From Candidatus Limnocylindrales bacterium (GTDB lineage: Bacteria > Desulfobacterota > Binatia > UBA1149 > CAITLU01): a stretch of DNA of 64,000 nt. This document shows positions 38,449-47,561 of the stretch, piece by piece. The stretch covers positions 293,012 to 357,011 of the forward strand of contig DASPNR010000007.1 of the NCBI GenBank assembly GCA_035626395.1. The letters run 5' to 3'. Position numbers and translations under genes: made by a program. The first letter of the stretch is position 1, and every line of letters starts with the position of its first letter. Below the pieces are notes generated by a model. It was not told the origin of the DNA. It ran no database searches and saw only the letters and a program-made list of their open reading frames with translations.

Positions 38449-38560
38449 GTCCTCGATGAAGATTCGGCTGCTCGACCGGCGGGTCCCCGACTCGCAAATC
38501 CCCGAATGCTCGGCTACGGTGTGCCGGTTCGTGGCCTACTGCCAACCCACCCCGTCGGTC

Positions 38561-39043
38561 GTGTCCCGTCTCCGCACACGACGCTCGCGGCTCGCGGCAA
38601 AATGCGTCGCTCGCGCCATTGCGCTGGCCGCCGTGTGCGTCCTTGCCGGCGGCGCATCGGCGATGGCGGCGGGCGGCGGCGCGCTGCCATGGGTGCCGTT
38701 CACGTCGGAGGCCTACACCAAGGCCGAGCATAGCGGCCAGCCGTTCGTGGTCACGTTCGGCGCCGAATGGTGCGCGCCGTGCAAGGAGATGGAGCAGCGG
38801 ACCTATACGGATCCGGCGGTGGTGGAGGCGGCCAAAGGCATCCACTTCCTGCAGGTGGACATGACCGGCAACGACTCCTACGCCGAAGTGGTGCGCAAGA
38901 GCTTCAAGGTCTTCGGCGCACCCACCACGGTCTTCTTCGGTCCCGACCGAAAGGAGCGCACGCGCCGCATCGGCTTCATCGGCCCGGAAGACTACGTCAA
39001 GCTTCTTCGCGAAACGCGTGCGCCGGCATCGGCGAGCAACTGA
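38561..39043 (+). CDS. Thioredoxin-fold thiol:disulfide oxidoreductase (TlpA/DsbE-like, WCAPC active site), exported
   Basis: The WCAPC motif is present. The chosen GTG start gives an Arg-rich n-region plus a hydrophobic signal peptide. The alternative ATG at 38447 would overlap the pagL start. Confidence 0.6.
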   Translation: MSRLRTRRSRLAAKCVARAIALAAVCVLAGGASAMAAGGGALPWVPFTSEAYTKAEHSGQPFVVTFGAEWCAPCKEMEQRTYTDPAVVEAAKGIHFLQVDMTGNDSYAEVVRKSFKVFGAPTTVFFGPDRKERTRRIGFIGPEDYVKLLRETRAPASASN

Positions 39044-39047
39044 GGAC

Positions 39048-40541
39048 ATGACCTCCGGCCCTACCAGCGCCTCCACCTCGCGGCTTGCCTTTGCGGAGCT
39101 CGATCTTCCCGAAAGCCTGCGACGCGGGATCGACGAAGCCGGCTTCGTCCACTGCACGCCGATCCAGGCCGAAACGCTTCCCTTCGCACTGGCCGGCCGC
39201 GACATCGCGGGCCAGGCGCAGACCGGCACCGGAAAGACGGCTGCGTTCCTCATCGCCACGTTCCACCACCTGCTTCGCCGGCCGCGCCGGCATGAAGGCG
39301 CCGGATCGTGCCCGCGTGCGCTGATCATCGCGCCCACGCGCGAGCTCGCCATGCAGATCCGCGACGAGGCCGAGCTGCTCGGCAAGCACACCGGGCTCAG
39401 CATCCACGCCGTCTACGGCGGCGTCGACTACAACAAGCAGCTCGATCGTCTCAAACGCGGCGTGGATGTGCTGATCGGTACGCCCGGCCGCCTCATCGAC
39501 TACTACAAGCAGAAGGTGTTCACGCTGCGCGACACCGAGGTGCTCGTGGTCGACGAGGCCGATCGCATGTTCGACATGGGCTTCATCGACGATCTGCGCT
39601 TCCTGGTGAAGCGAATGCCGCCGCCGACCGAGCGCGTCTCCTCGCTCTACTCCGCCACGCTTTCCTATCGCGTGCTGGAGCTCGCCTACGAGTACATGAA
39701 CGACGTCCACCGCGTCGCCATCGACGAGGATCAGGTGACCGTCGACCGCGTCGAGCAGGTGGTCTACCACGTCGGTGTCGATCAGAAGATGACGGTGCTG
39801 CTCAGCCTGATGGCGCGCGAGAAGCCGCCGCGCAGCCTGGTCTTCGTCAATACCCGCAGCGCCGCCCGCCAGATAGCCTCGCGGCTGGAGCGGCACGGCT
39901 ATCGCTGCGGCGTTCTGATGGGAGACCTTGACCAGAACAAACGCATCGCGATGCTGCGCGCGTTCAAGAGCAACGACCTGGACATGCTCGTGGCCACCGA
40001 TGTCGCCTCGCGCGGCCTCCACATCGACGCGGTCACGCACGTGTTCAACTACGATCTTCCGCAGGACCCCGAAGACTACGTGCACCGCATCGGGCGCACC
40101 GCGCGCGCCGGCGCCTCCGGCAAGGCGCTGTCGCTGGCATGCGAGCACTACGTGTACTCGCTCGAGGCCATCGAGGAATACATCGGCCTTTCGATCCCGC
40201 ACAAGTTTCCCGAGCCCGAGCTGCTCATCCTGCCGCCGGCCACCGAGCGCGCCGAGGGCGGCCCGATGCTGAACCTGCACGAGTCGCCGATTCCCGAAAA
40301 AGGCGGACGCGGCCGCTCCAGGCGCGGCCGCGCGTCCGGACGCGAGGGCGCGCGCGATGGCGGGGCGCGCAAGGGCCCGCCGCCCGAGCGCGCTGCGAGC
40401 AAGCCTGCGGCCAAGAGCGCCGAGGCTCCGGCTGCAGCTCCGAGCGACGGCAACGAGCCGAAGAAGCGGCGACGGCGGCGGCGGCGGCGCAAGGGCGGGG
40501 CGGGCGATGGCGCCGCAACGGCATCCAACGAGCCGTCCTGA
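39048..40541 (+). CDS. rhlB: DEAD-box ATP-dependent RNA helicase, RhlB-like
   Basis: The Q-motif is followed by [12 protein letters not shown] ([13 protein letters not shown]), SAT and HRIGRTAR. The C-terminus has an Arg/Gly-rich basic tail. Confidence 0.85.
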   Translation: MTSGPTSASTSRLAFAELDLPESLRRGIDEAGFVHCTPIQAETLPFALAGRDIAGQAQTGTGKTAAFLIATFHHLLRRPRRHEGAGSCPRALIIAPTRELAMQIRDEAELLGKHTGLSIHAVYGGVDYNKQLDRLKRGVDVLIGTPGRLIDYYKQKVFTLRDTEVLVVDEADRMFDMGFIDDLRFLVKRMPPPTERVSSLYSATLSYRVLELAYEYMNDVHRVAIDEDQVTVDRVEQVVYHVGVDQKMTVLLSLMAREKPPRSLVFVNTRSAARQIASRLERHGYRCGVLMGDLDQNKRIAMLRAFKSNDLDMLVATDVASRGLHIDAVTHVFNYDLPQDPEDYVHRIGRTARAGASGKALSLACEHYVYSLEAIEEYIGLSIPHKFPEPELLILPPATERAEGGPMLNLHESPIPEKGGRGRSRRGRASGREGARDGGARKGPPPERAASKPAAKSAEAPAAAPSDGNEPKKRRRRRRRRKGGAGDGAATASNEPS

Positions 40542-40545
40542 TCGC

Positions 40546-41397
40546 ATGGCGGCTGCCCGCCTCGATTCGCCGCTCACGGCGGCGGGTAACGGCGCCGCAT
40601 CCCTGGTACCGCGCCGCCGCGCCGGTCACGGCGCCTTCGAGATCGACCACGAGCTGCGCGAGCGGCTTCGGCCGGCGGTGCGCTTCTTCTTCGAACGCTA
40701 CTGGCGCGTCCGAACCCGCGGTCTCGCCAACGTGCCCAGGCACGGCGGCGCCATCCTCGTCGGCAATCATTCGGGCGCGCTGCCCGTCGATGCGGCGATG
40801 GTCGCGTACGCCGTCGACGATCCCGGCAATCCCGACTCGCCCAGACGCGTGGCGCGAGTTCTCTACGACCGCTTCGTGGACGGCATGCCGTGGCTGGCCG
40901 ACATCTATCGCCGCGCCGGCGGCGTGCCCGCGCGCTACAGCGTGGCCGAGGAGCTGGCACGGCGCGGCGAGCTGGTCGTGATCTTTCCGGAGGGCATCGA
41001 CGGCGTCGCCAAGCTGTTCGACCAGCGCTACCGGCTGCAGCGCTTCGCGACCTCGGCCGCACGCCTGTCGTGCAGGTATCGCCTGCCCGTCATTCCCTTC
41101 GCCGTCGTCGGCGCCGAGGAGGCGTATCCGGTCATCGGGCGCAGCGCCGAGGCCGGCCGTCTGGTGGGCGCGCCGTATCTGCCGATCACGCCGTTCTTTC
41201 CCTTGCTCGGCCCGCTGGGCATGCTGCCGCTGCCGAGCAGGTGGACGCTGGTGTTCGGCCCGCGTATCTACCTGTTCCGCGAACGGCGCTTCCGCGACGG
41301 TCGCGATTTCGATGCCATGACCGAGCGCCTGCAACGCAGCGTGCGGCTGCTGCTGGAGCGGGCCGTGCGCGAGCGACAATCGGTTCTGCTGGGGTGA
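40546..41397 (+). CDS. Phospholipid/glycerol acyltransferase (LPLAT family)
   Basis: The NHSGALPVD and FPEG acyltransferase motifs are present. Confidence 0.7.
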   Translation: MAAARLDSPLTAAGNGAASLVPRRRAGHGAFEIDHELRERLRPAVRFFFERYWRVRTRGLANVPRHGGAILVGNHSGALPVDAAMVAYAVDDPGNPDSPRRVARVLYDRFVDGMPWLADIYRRAGGVPARYSVAEELARRGELVVIFPEGIDGVAKLFDQRYRLQRFATSAARLSCRYRLPVIPFAVVGAEEAYPVIGRSAEAGRLVGAPYLPITPFFPLLGPLGMLPLPSRWTLVFGPRIYLFRERRFRDGRDFDAMTERLQRSVRLLLERAVRERQSVLLG

Positions 41398-41400
41398 GGG

Positions 41401-41598
41401 ATGGAGGAAACGATCAAGATCGGGGATCAGGTGGTGCATCAGAGCCACCCCGGGCGCTTCGAGGTCGTCAAGATCGAGCCGACGCCCGGCATGAACGTCT
41501 ACAGCAGCATCCTGACCATCCGCAGCAAGGACGGGCTCGAGATGCGCGTGCTCGAGACGACCGTGCGGCCGGTCGAAGGCGACGGCCTGCGCATCTGA
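41401..41598 (+). CDS. Small hypothetical protein (65 aa), predicted all-beta
   Basis: GC3 is high. The start lies 4 nt after the upstream stop, which suggests translational coupling. Confidence 0.45.
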   Translation: MEETIKIGDQVVHQSHPGRFEVVKIEPTPGMNVYSSILTIRSKDGLEMRVLETTVRPVEGDGLRI

Positions 41599-41629
41599 CG
41601 GACCATTGGCCGCAAGACGTGGTCGCGAC

Positions 41630-41848
41630 ATGGCGGTTACGCTCTACACCCAAGACGGCTGCCGTTTCTGCGATGCGCTCCGCAACGGCCTGCGCGAGCG
41701 CGGCGAGCGCTTCACCGAGGTCAACCTGACGAGCAATCCGCAGGCCGTTCCCGAGCTGCTCAAGCTCACGCGAGGCCGCCGCATCGTGCCGGTCGTGGTC
41801 GACGGCGCCAGCATGCGGATCGCGCCCGATGGTGGAAGCGAATTCTAG
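41630..41848 (+). CDS. Glutaredoxin/NrdH-like small redox protein
   Basis: VTLYTQDGCRFC carries the CxxC motif. Confidence 0.6.
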   Translation: MAVTLYTQDGCRFCDALRNGLRERGERFTEVNLTSNPQAVPELLKLTRGRRIVPVVVDGASMRIAPDGGSEF

Positions 41849-41865
41849 CCGCGCCACCGGGCCCG

Positions 41866-42216
41866 GTGCGCAAAGAAAGACTGGTCAGGAGAAAACGAGC
41901 CGTGTATGTTTGCGGCGTCGTGAACGAGAAGCGACTGTTCCTGCACCTCGGTGACCGTGTCTACAACGCGTACCACGAAGAGTGGGGCGTCGGCTCGGTG
42001 GTCGAGGAGATGACGTCGACCGTCGTCGGCGGAACCTGTCTGGTGCGCATCCTGTTCGAGGACGGCCAGCAGCGGACGTTCCACAACGATCTGGATCACG
42101 ACATGTGCTGCTACTTCCTCGGCATGCGCCGCGAGCTGTCCTTCGACTGGGACCGCATGCAGCGGACCACGCAGCGAGCGGCGTCCGCGCGTCCGCGCCG
42201 GCGCATTTCCGGCTGA
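41866..42216 (+). CDS. DUF3553-like small protein
   Basis: GDRVYNAYHEEWGVGSVVE...VRILFEDGQQRTF matches the DUF3553 pattern. Confidence 0.45.
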   Translation: MRKERLVRRKRAVYVCGVVNEKRLFLHLGDRVYNAYHEEWGVGSVVEEMTSTVVGGTCLVRILFEDGQQRTFHNDLDHDMCCYFLGMRRELSFDWDRMQRTTQRAASARPRRRISG

Positions 42217-42282
42217 TTCCGGCCCGCTTCCCGTCGATTCGATCGTGTCGCGCCTGCCGGTGCGGAGGCGCGCGAGTGGATT

Positions 42283-42516
42283 TCAGCGCTTCAGCGTCGG
42301 GTTCTGCGACAGCGGCCGCCCCTTGGCGTCGGTGCGCGGAATGTTGCGCTTGCGCAGCGTGGCCAGCGTGTCGCTGTTGACCCACGGCACGCCCATCGCG
42401 CACGGACGCGGCTGGCCGTCCTCGGAGACGACGGTGGGGCCGGGCCGCCGGAAATTGACCTGCAGACGTTTGGCCATGTCACGCGCCATGTAGCGCGGAT
42501 ACGTTGCCGGTTCCAT
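42283..42516 (-). CDS. Small basic hypothetical protein (77 aa)
   Basis: GC3 is about 88%. It is divergent from ileS. Only the portion from the internal ATG (MEPATYPRY...) is kept, and no RBS was found. Confidence 0.4.
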   Translation of the reverse strand: MEPATYPRYMARDMAKRLQVNFRRPGPTVVSEDGQPRPCAMGVPWVNSDTLATLRKRNIPRTDAKGRPLSQNPTLKR

Positions 42517-42640
42517 CGCGCCGGCGAGAGCCGGCGCGTCCGTGCGCTCATCGGGGCATGACGCGGCCCGCCCCCGAAGTTGCCACCCCGTCACACCGTT
42601 GGTATGCCCCGAGCCTTCGCGACCACCTGGCCGGCCCGCC

Positions 42641-45406
42641 ATGGACTACAAGCACACACTCCAGCTTCCGAGCACGGACTTTCCGATGCGTGCGAACCTG
42701 CCGCAGCGCGAGCCGGCCATGCTGGAGACGTGGCGCCAGGAGCGCATCTACGAGCGCATGCTCGAGGTGCGTCAGGACCGGCCGCTGTTCCTCCTGCACG
42801 ACGGACCGCCCTACGCGAATGGCCACATCCACATCGGCCATTCGATGAACAAGATCCTCAAGGACATCAACGTCAAGTACAAGGCGCTGGCCGGGTTTCG
42901 CGCGCCGTATCGTCCGGGCTGGGACTGCCACGGCCTGCCGATCGAGCTGGAGGTCGAGAAGCAGATCGGCCGCAAGGCCAAGTCCGAGATGAGCCTGGTC
43001 GAGGTGCGCCGCCTCTGCCGCGACTACGCCGACCGCTACGTCGACATCCAGCGTCGCGATTTCCAGCGCCTGGGAGTGTTCGGCGAGTGGGAGCGGCCCT
43101 ACCTGACCAAGGACTTCGACTACGAAGCGCGCGAGGTGCGCGAGCTGGCCGACATCCTGGCCACCGGCGCCATGTTCCGCGGCCGCAAGCCGGTGCACTG
43201 GTGCGCGTCGTGCCGGACGGCGTTGGCCGAGGCCGAAGTCGACTACGACGAAAAGACGTCGACGTCGGTCTTCGTCGCGTTCGCGCTGCCGGCGCAGGGG
43301 CCGCTGGCGGCGTTCGCGGACCGATCCCTGGCCATCGCGATCTGGACGACGACTCCCTGGACGCTGCCGGCCAACCTGGCCGTAGCGGTCGGTCCCGATT
43401 TCTCCTACTCGCTCGTCGAGGCCGGCGAGCGCGCGCTGGTCGTCGCGACCGACCTGGTGGAGCCGCTGCGCGCACGTCTTCAGCTCGGCCAGACGCTGGC
43501 GACGTTCCGGGGCATAGAGCTCGAAGGCATCGAAGCGCGCCATCCGTGGATCGACCGTGCCTCGCGGATCGTGGTCGGCGAGCACGTCGGGCTCGATACG
43601 GGCACCGGCGCCGTCCACACCGCTCCCGGCCACGGCCATGACGACTACGTCGTCGGCCAGCGCTACGGCCTGGAGGCCTATGCGCCCGTCAACGCCGCCG
43701 GTTGCTTCACCGAGGAAGTGCCCGACTTCGCCGGCCGCTTCGTGTTCGAAGCCGACGCGGACATCGTCGTGCTGCTGCGCGAGCGCGGCGCGCTGCTCGG
43801 CGAGGAGCCGATCCGGCACAGCTACCCGCACTGCTGGCGGTGCAAGAAGGCCATCATCTTCCGCGCCACCGAGCAGTGGTTCCTTTCGATGGAGCACAGC
43901 GGGCTCCGCGCCCGGGCGCTTGCCGCCATCGATGAGGTGCGATGGGTGCCGTCGTGGGGACGCGAGCGCATCCACGGCATGATCGCCAACCGTCCCGACT
44001 GGTGCCTGTCGCGCCAGCGGGCCTGGGGAGTGCCGATCGTGGCGCTGCGCTGCGCCGGCTGCGGAGAGGTTGCAGCCACGCCCGAGCTGATGCGCCATGC
44101 CGCCGACATCTTCGAGCACGAAGGCTCGGACGCATGGTTCGCCCGCCCCGTCGCCGACTTCGTTCCCGACGGATTCTCTTGCGCCGGCTGCGGCAACGCG
44201 CAGTTCGAGCGCGAGACGGACATCCTGGACGTGTGGTTCGACTCGGGCGCCAGCTTCGCCGCCGTCGTCGAGCAGGACCTCGGCTCGCAGACGATCGCCG
44301 ATCTGTACCTGGAAGGCAGCGATCAGCACCGCGGATGGTTTCATTCGACGCTGCTGGTGTCCGTGGCCACGCGCGGCCGCGCGCCCTACCGCAGCGTGCT
44401 CACGCATGGCTTCGTGCTCGACGGCGAGGGGCGCAAGCAGAGCAAGTCGCTGGGCAACGTCGTGGCGCCGCAGGACATCCTCAAGACCTACGGCGCCGAC
44501 ATCCTGCGCCTGTGGGTGGCCGCCGAAGACTACAGCGACGACGTGCGCATCTCCGACGAGATCATGAAGCGGCTGGCCGATTCGTATCGGCGCATCCGCA
44601 ACACGTGCCGCAATCTGCTGGCCAACCTCGCCGACTACGATCCCTCGGCGCACGCGGTCGCCGCCGCCGACATGAGCGAGCTCGATCTTTGGGTGCTGTC
44701 GCGCCTGGACGAGTTCGTCACGCGCTGCCGGCGTGCCTACGACGAGTACCAGTTCCACATCGTCTTCCACGCGCTCAACAACTTCTGCAGCGTCGACCTG
44801 TCGGCGCTGTACTTCGACATCGTCAAGGACCGTCTCTACTGCTCGGGCAAGGACTCGGTGGAGAGGCGCAGCTCGCAGACGGCCATGCACGCGATCCTGC
44901 TGGCGCTGGTGCGGGTGATCGCGCCGGTCCTCTGCTTCACCGCCGACGAGGTCTGGCGCGCCATTGCGCCCGCGCAGAAGCCGTCCGGCGGCGACCCGAC
45001 CAGCGTCTTCCTGTCCGACTTTCCCTCGGTCGACCCTGCCTGGCACGACGAGGCACGCGCGTCGCGCTGGGCGCGCATCTGGGAAATCCGCGCCGTGGTC
45101 ACCAAGGCGCTGGAGGAGCAGCGCCGCGCCGGCATCCTCGGGCAGTCGCTCGAGGCGCGCGTACAGCTGGCCAGCTCGGGCCGCGATGCGGAGCTGCTGA
45201 CCGAGCTCGGCGAGAAGGCGCTTTGCGAGCTGTTGATCGTCTCGCAGGTCGAGCTCGTGCACGGCGTCGGAGACATCGAGGTCGCGGTCGAGCGCGCACG
45301 CGGCGGCAAGTGCGGCCGCTGCTGGAAGTTCAGCGAGAGTGTGGGAACCCACGGCGATCATCCCGAGCTCTGCGACCGCTGCCACGGCGTCGTGGCGAGC
45401 CTCTGA
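42641..45406 (+). CDS. ileS: Isoleucine--tRNA ligase
   Basis: HIGH (PYANGHIHIGH) and KMSKS (KQSKSLGN) are present. A C-terminal zinc finger (CGRCWKF...CDRCH) follows. Confidence 0.95.
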   Translation: MDYKHTLQLPSTDFPMRANLPQREPAMLETWRQERIYERMLEVRQDRPLFLLHDGPPYANGHIHIGHSMNKILKDINVKYKALAGFRAPYRPGWDCHGLPIELEVEKQIGRKAKSEMSLVEVRRLCRDYADRYVDIQRRDFQRLGVFGEWERPYLTKDFDYEAREVRELADILATGAMFRGRKPVHWCASCRTALAEAEVDYDEKTSTSVFVAFALPAQGPLAAFADRSLAIAIWTTTPWTLPANLAVAVGPDFSYSLVEAGERALVVATDLVEPLRARLQLGQTLATFRGIELEGIEARHPWIDRASRIVVGEHVGLDTGTGAVHTAPGHGHDDYVVGQRYGLEAYAPVNAAGCFTEEVPDFAGRFVFEADADIVVLLRERGALLGEEPIRHSYPHCWRCKKAIIFRATEQWFLSMEHSGLRARALAAIDEVRWVPSWGRERIHGMIANRPDWCLSRQRAWGVPIVALRCAGCGEVAATPELMRHAADIFEHEGSDAWFARPVADFVPDGFSCAGCGNAQFERETDILDVWFDSGASFAAVVEQDLGSQTIADLYLEGSDQHRGWFHSTLLVSVATRGRAPYRSVLTHGFVLDGEGRKQSKSLGNVVAPQDILKTYGADILRLWVAAEDYSDDVRISDEIMKRLADSYRRIRNTCRNLLANLADYDPSAHAVAAADMSELDLWVLSRLDEFVTRCRRAYDEYQFHIVFHALNNFCSVDLSALYFDIVKDRLYCSGKDSVERRSSQTAMHAILLALVRVIAPVLCFTADEVWRAIAPAQKPSGGDPTSVFLSDFPSVDPAWHDEARASRWARIWEIRAVVTKALEEQRRAGILGQSLEARVQLASSGRDAELLTELGEKALCELLIVSQVELVHGVGDIEVAVERARGGKCGRCWKFSESVGTHGDHPELCDRCHGVVASL

Positions 45407-45428
45407 TCGCTTCCAGGAGAACGAGAAC

Positions 45429-45908
45429 TTGAGCGGCAAGCTGGCGGCCCTCCTGGCCACCCTGATCTTCGTCGTCGACCAGTGGGCCAAGAGCCGCATC
45501 GTCAGCGAATTCCAGCTCGGCGAGTCGCGCCCCGTCATCCCGGACTTTTTTTCGCTCACCCACGTGCGAAACCGCGGCGGCGCCTTCGGCCTGCTCGCCG
45601 ACCTGCCGCCGATCTACGGTCAGCTCCTGTTCGTGGTGTTCGCCATGGTGACGGTGGCGCTGCTGGCGTGGATGCTGCGCCGCACGCCGCGCCAGGATTT
45701 CTCGCAGCGCCTGGCGCTGACATCGGTCATCGGCGGTGCCATCGGCAATCTCTACGACCGCATCCGTTTCGGCGAAGTCGTCGACTTCCTCGACGTGTAC
45801 GTGGGCGCGTGGCACTGGCCCGCCTTCAACGTCGCCGACAGCTTCATCACCATCGGCGTCGTCCTGCTGTTCTGGGGCGCGGTGCGGCCCGAGCCCCAGC
45901 GCCGCTAG
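45429..45908 (+). CDS. lspA: Lipoprotein signal peptidase II
   Basis: FNVADSFI is the signature motif. The gene follows the conserved ileS-lspA synteny. The TTG start is preceded by CAGGAGAACGAG. Confidence 0.8.
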   Translation: MSGKLAALLATLIFVVDQWAKSRIVSEFQLGESRPVIPDFFSLTHVRNRGGAFGLLADLPPIYGQLLFVVFAMVTVALLAWMLRRTPRQDFSQRLALTSVIGGAIGNLYDRIRFGEVVDFLDVYVGAWHWPAFNVADSFITIGVVLLFWGAVRPEPQRR

Positions 45909-46001
45909 CGCGCGCACTCGCACGCCTCGCGAAGTGGCGATGCGCGCTGCGGATGAAATAGAATCGCGGTTGCTCTAGTCGAAAGAGCCGGAGGAGGAGA
46001 C

Positions 46002-46457
46002 ATGAGCAGTCGTGGAAGTCTGGTGGTGTTCGCGACGACGATGGCTCTCGGAATCGCCGTCGCCGGTTGCGCGTCGGGGCCGATGACGCGGCGTGAGGAA
46101 GGGCTGGCGGCAGGCGCCATCGTCGGCGCCGGCTCCGGAGCGGTGATCGGGGCCGCCGCGGGCGATCCGGCGGCGGGCGCCATCATCGGCGGCGCTCTGG
46201 GCGCGATCACGGGCGCTGCCATTGGCGACGCGCAGCAGGCACGGGAGCAGGAAGCGTACTATCTCGAGCAGCGCGCTCGGGAGCAGGAATACGAGCTGGC
46301 CCGGCAGCGCGCGGAGATCGAGCGTCTGCGTCGCGAGCGCGGAGAGCCCGGGTATCGCGACCCCTACGAGCCTCCCTACAGCCAGCCGCACGGCTACTAC
46401 TCGGAGCGCTACTACGAGAGCCGTCACAACGACGACGGCGACTATTACGAGTACTGA
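46002..46457 (+). CDS. Lipoprotein with a glycine-zipper segment, a coiled coil and a Tyr-rich tail
   Basis: GGAGGAGGAG RBS precedes the ATG. The lipobox is AVAGC. The Gly-zipper is AGAIVGAGSGAVIGAAAGD... Confidence 0.7.
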   Translation: MSSRGSLVVFATTMALGIAVAGCASGPMTRREEGLAAGAIVGAGSGAVIGAAAGDPAAGAIIGGALGAITGAAIGDAQQAREQEAYYLEQRAREQEYELARQRAEIERLRRERGEPGYRDPYEPPYSQPHGYYSERYYESRHNDDGDYYEY

Positions 46458-46467
46458 GGAACGTTCG

Positions 46468-47298
46468 ATGAAAGAGCACGATGCGCGGCGCGACGCAGCG
46501 CGTGCCGACGGCGCCGCTGACGGCCGGCGCAGGTCCGCCTCCGCCGTCCGGCATGGCGACGGCGCCTGGCGGGCTGCATGGGGCGCAGGGTGGGCAGCCG
46601 TCGTGGTCCTCGTCATCGCGGGGTGCGCTTCGGGTCCTCCCACGGCACGCGAGCACGGCATGGCCACGGGCGCGATCCTCGGTGCCACGAGCGGCGCCAT
46701 CATCGGCCAGGCTGCCGGCGGCACGGCCGAAGGAGCGTTGATCGGTGGGGCGGTCGGCGCCATCGCCGGCGGCGCCATCGGCGATCAGCACGACGCCTAC
46801 CACCGGCGCAACGCCCCGCTGCACGAGGACGTTGCGCGCCGCGACGCCGAGATCGCCCGCAACCGCGCGCTCATCGCCGAGCTGAGGGGCCGCAGCGTCG
46901 CCGTCTCGTCCGATGCTCGCGGCGTGGTCGTCACGCTCCCCGACGTCTTCTTCGCATTCGACAGCGACCGCCTGACGCCCGACGCGGTCGTGGCCATCGC
47001 GGACATCGGCGAGGTTCTGCGCGGACCGCATGCATCGGGGCGCCGCATTGCCGTCGAAGGCCACACCGATGCCGTCGGCACGCGCCAATACAACCAGTGG
47101 CTGTCGGAGCGCCGTGCATGGGCGGTGGCGGATGAGCTGGCGGCGCGCGGCGTCGACCGCCGGCGGCTGGCCGTACGCGGGTTCGGCGAAGCGTTCCCGG
47201 TGGAGCCGAACGTGCTTCCCGACGGCTTCGACAACCCCCGCGGACGTGCACGAAACCGGCGTGTGGAAGTGATCGTTCTCAACCCGCCGCTGGGCTGA
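46468..47298 (+). CDS. OmpA-family lipoprotein (glycine-zipper module plus C-terminal OmpA-like peptidoglycan-binding domain)
   Basis: The lipobox is IAGC. The OmpA-like motifs are EGHTD..G...N..LS..RA and RRVEV. Confidence 0.75.
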   Translation: MKEHDARRDAARADGAADGRRRSASAVRHGDGAWRAAWGAGWAAVVVLVIAGCASGPPTAREHGMATGAILGATSGAIIGQAAGGTAEGALIGGAVGAIAGGAIGDQHDAYHRRNAPLHEDVARRDAEIARNRALIAELRGRSVAVSSDARGVVVTLPDVFFAFDSDRLTPDAVVAIADIGEVLRGPHASGRRIAVEGHTDAVGTRQYNQWLSERRAWAVADELAARGVDRRRLAVRGFGEAFPVEPNVLPDGFDNPRGRARNRRVEVIVLNPPLG

Positions 47299-47561
47299 CC
47301 GCCCGCCGTGTGGCTGCGCCAGGGCGGCAGCCGCGCGCGGGCGCCGGGCCCAGCCGCGCCTTGCCCCCACCTGGCCAAGGGGCCGCCGGGCCGCCGGCTC
47401 CTACCTTCGACCGACGGTTCGGAAGCAGGATCCGCCCCGGACGGCAGGCTTCTGGCCCTCAATTCGACCGCTGCAAAGCTTCTGAGGCCAAGGCTATAGT
47501 CAGCCGCGCCGACTCGGGGCTACAAAAGAAGGGAACCGCGCATCTCAAAGGAGGACCGTGC

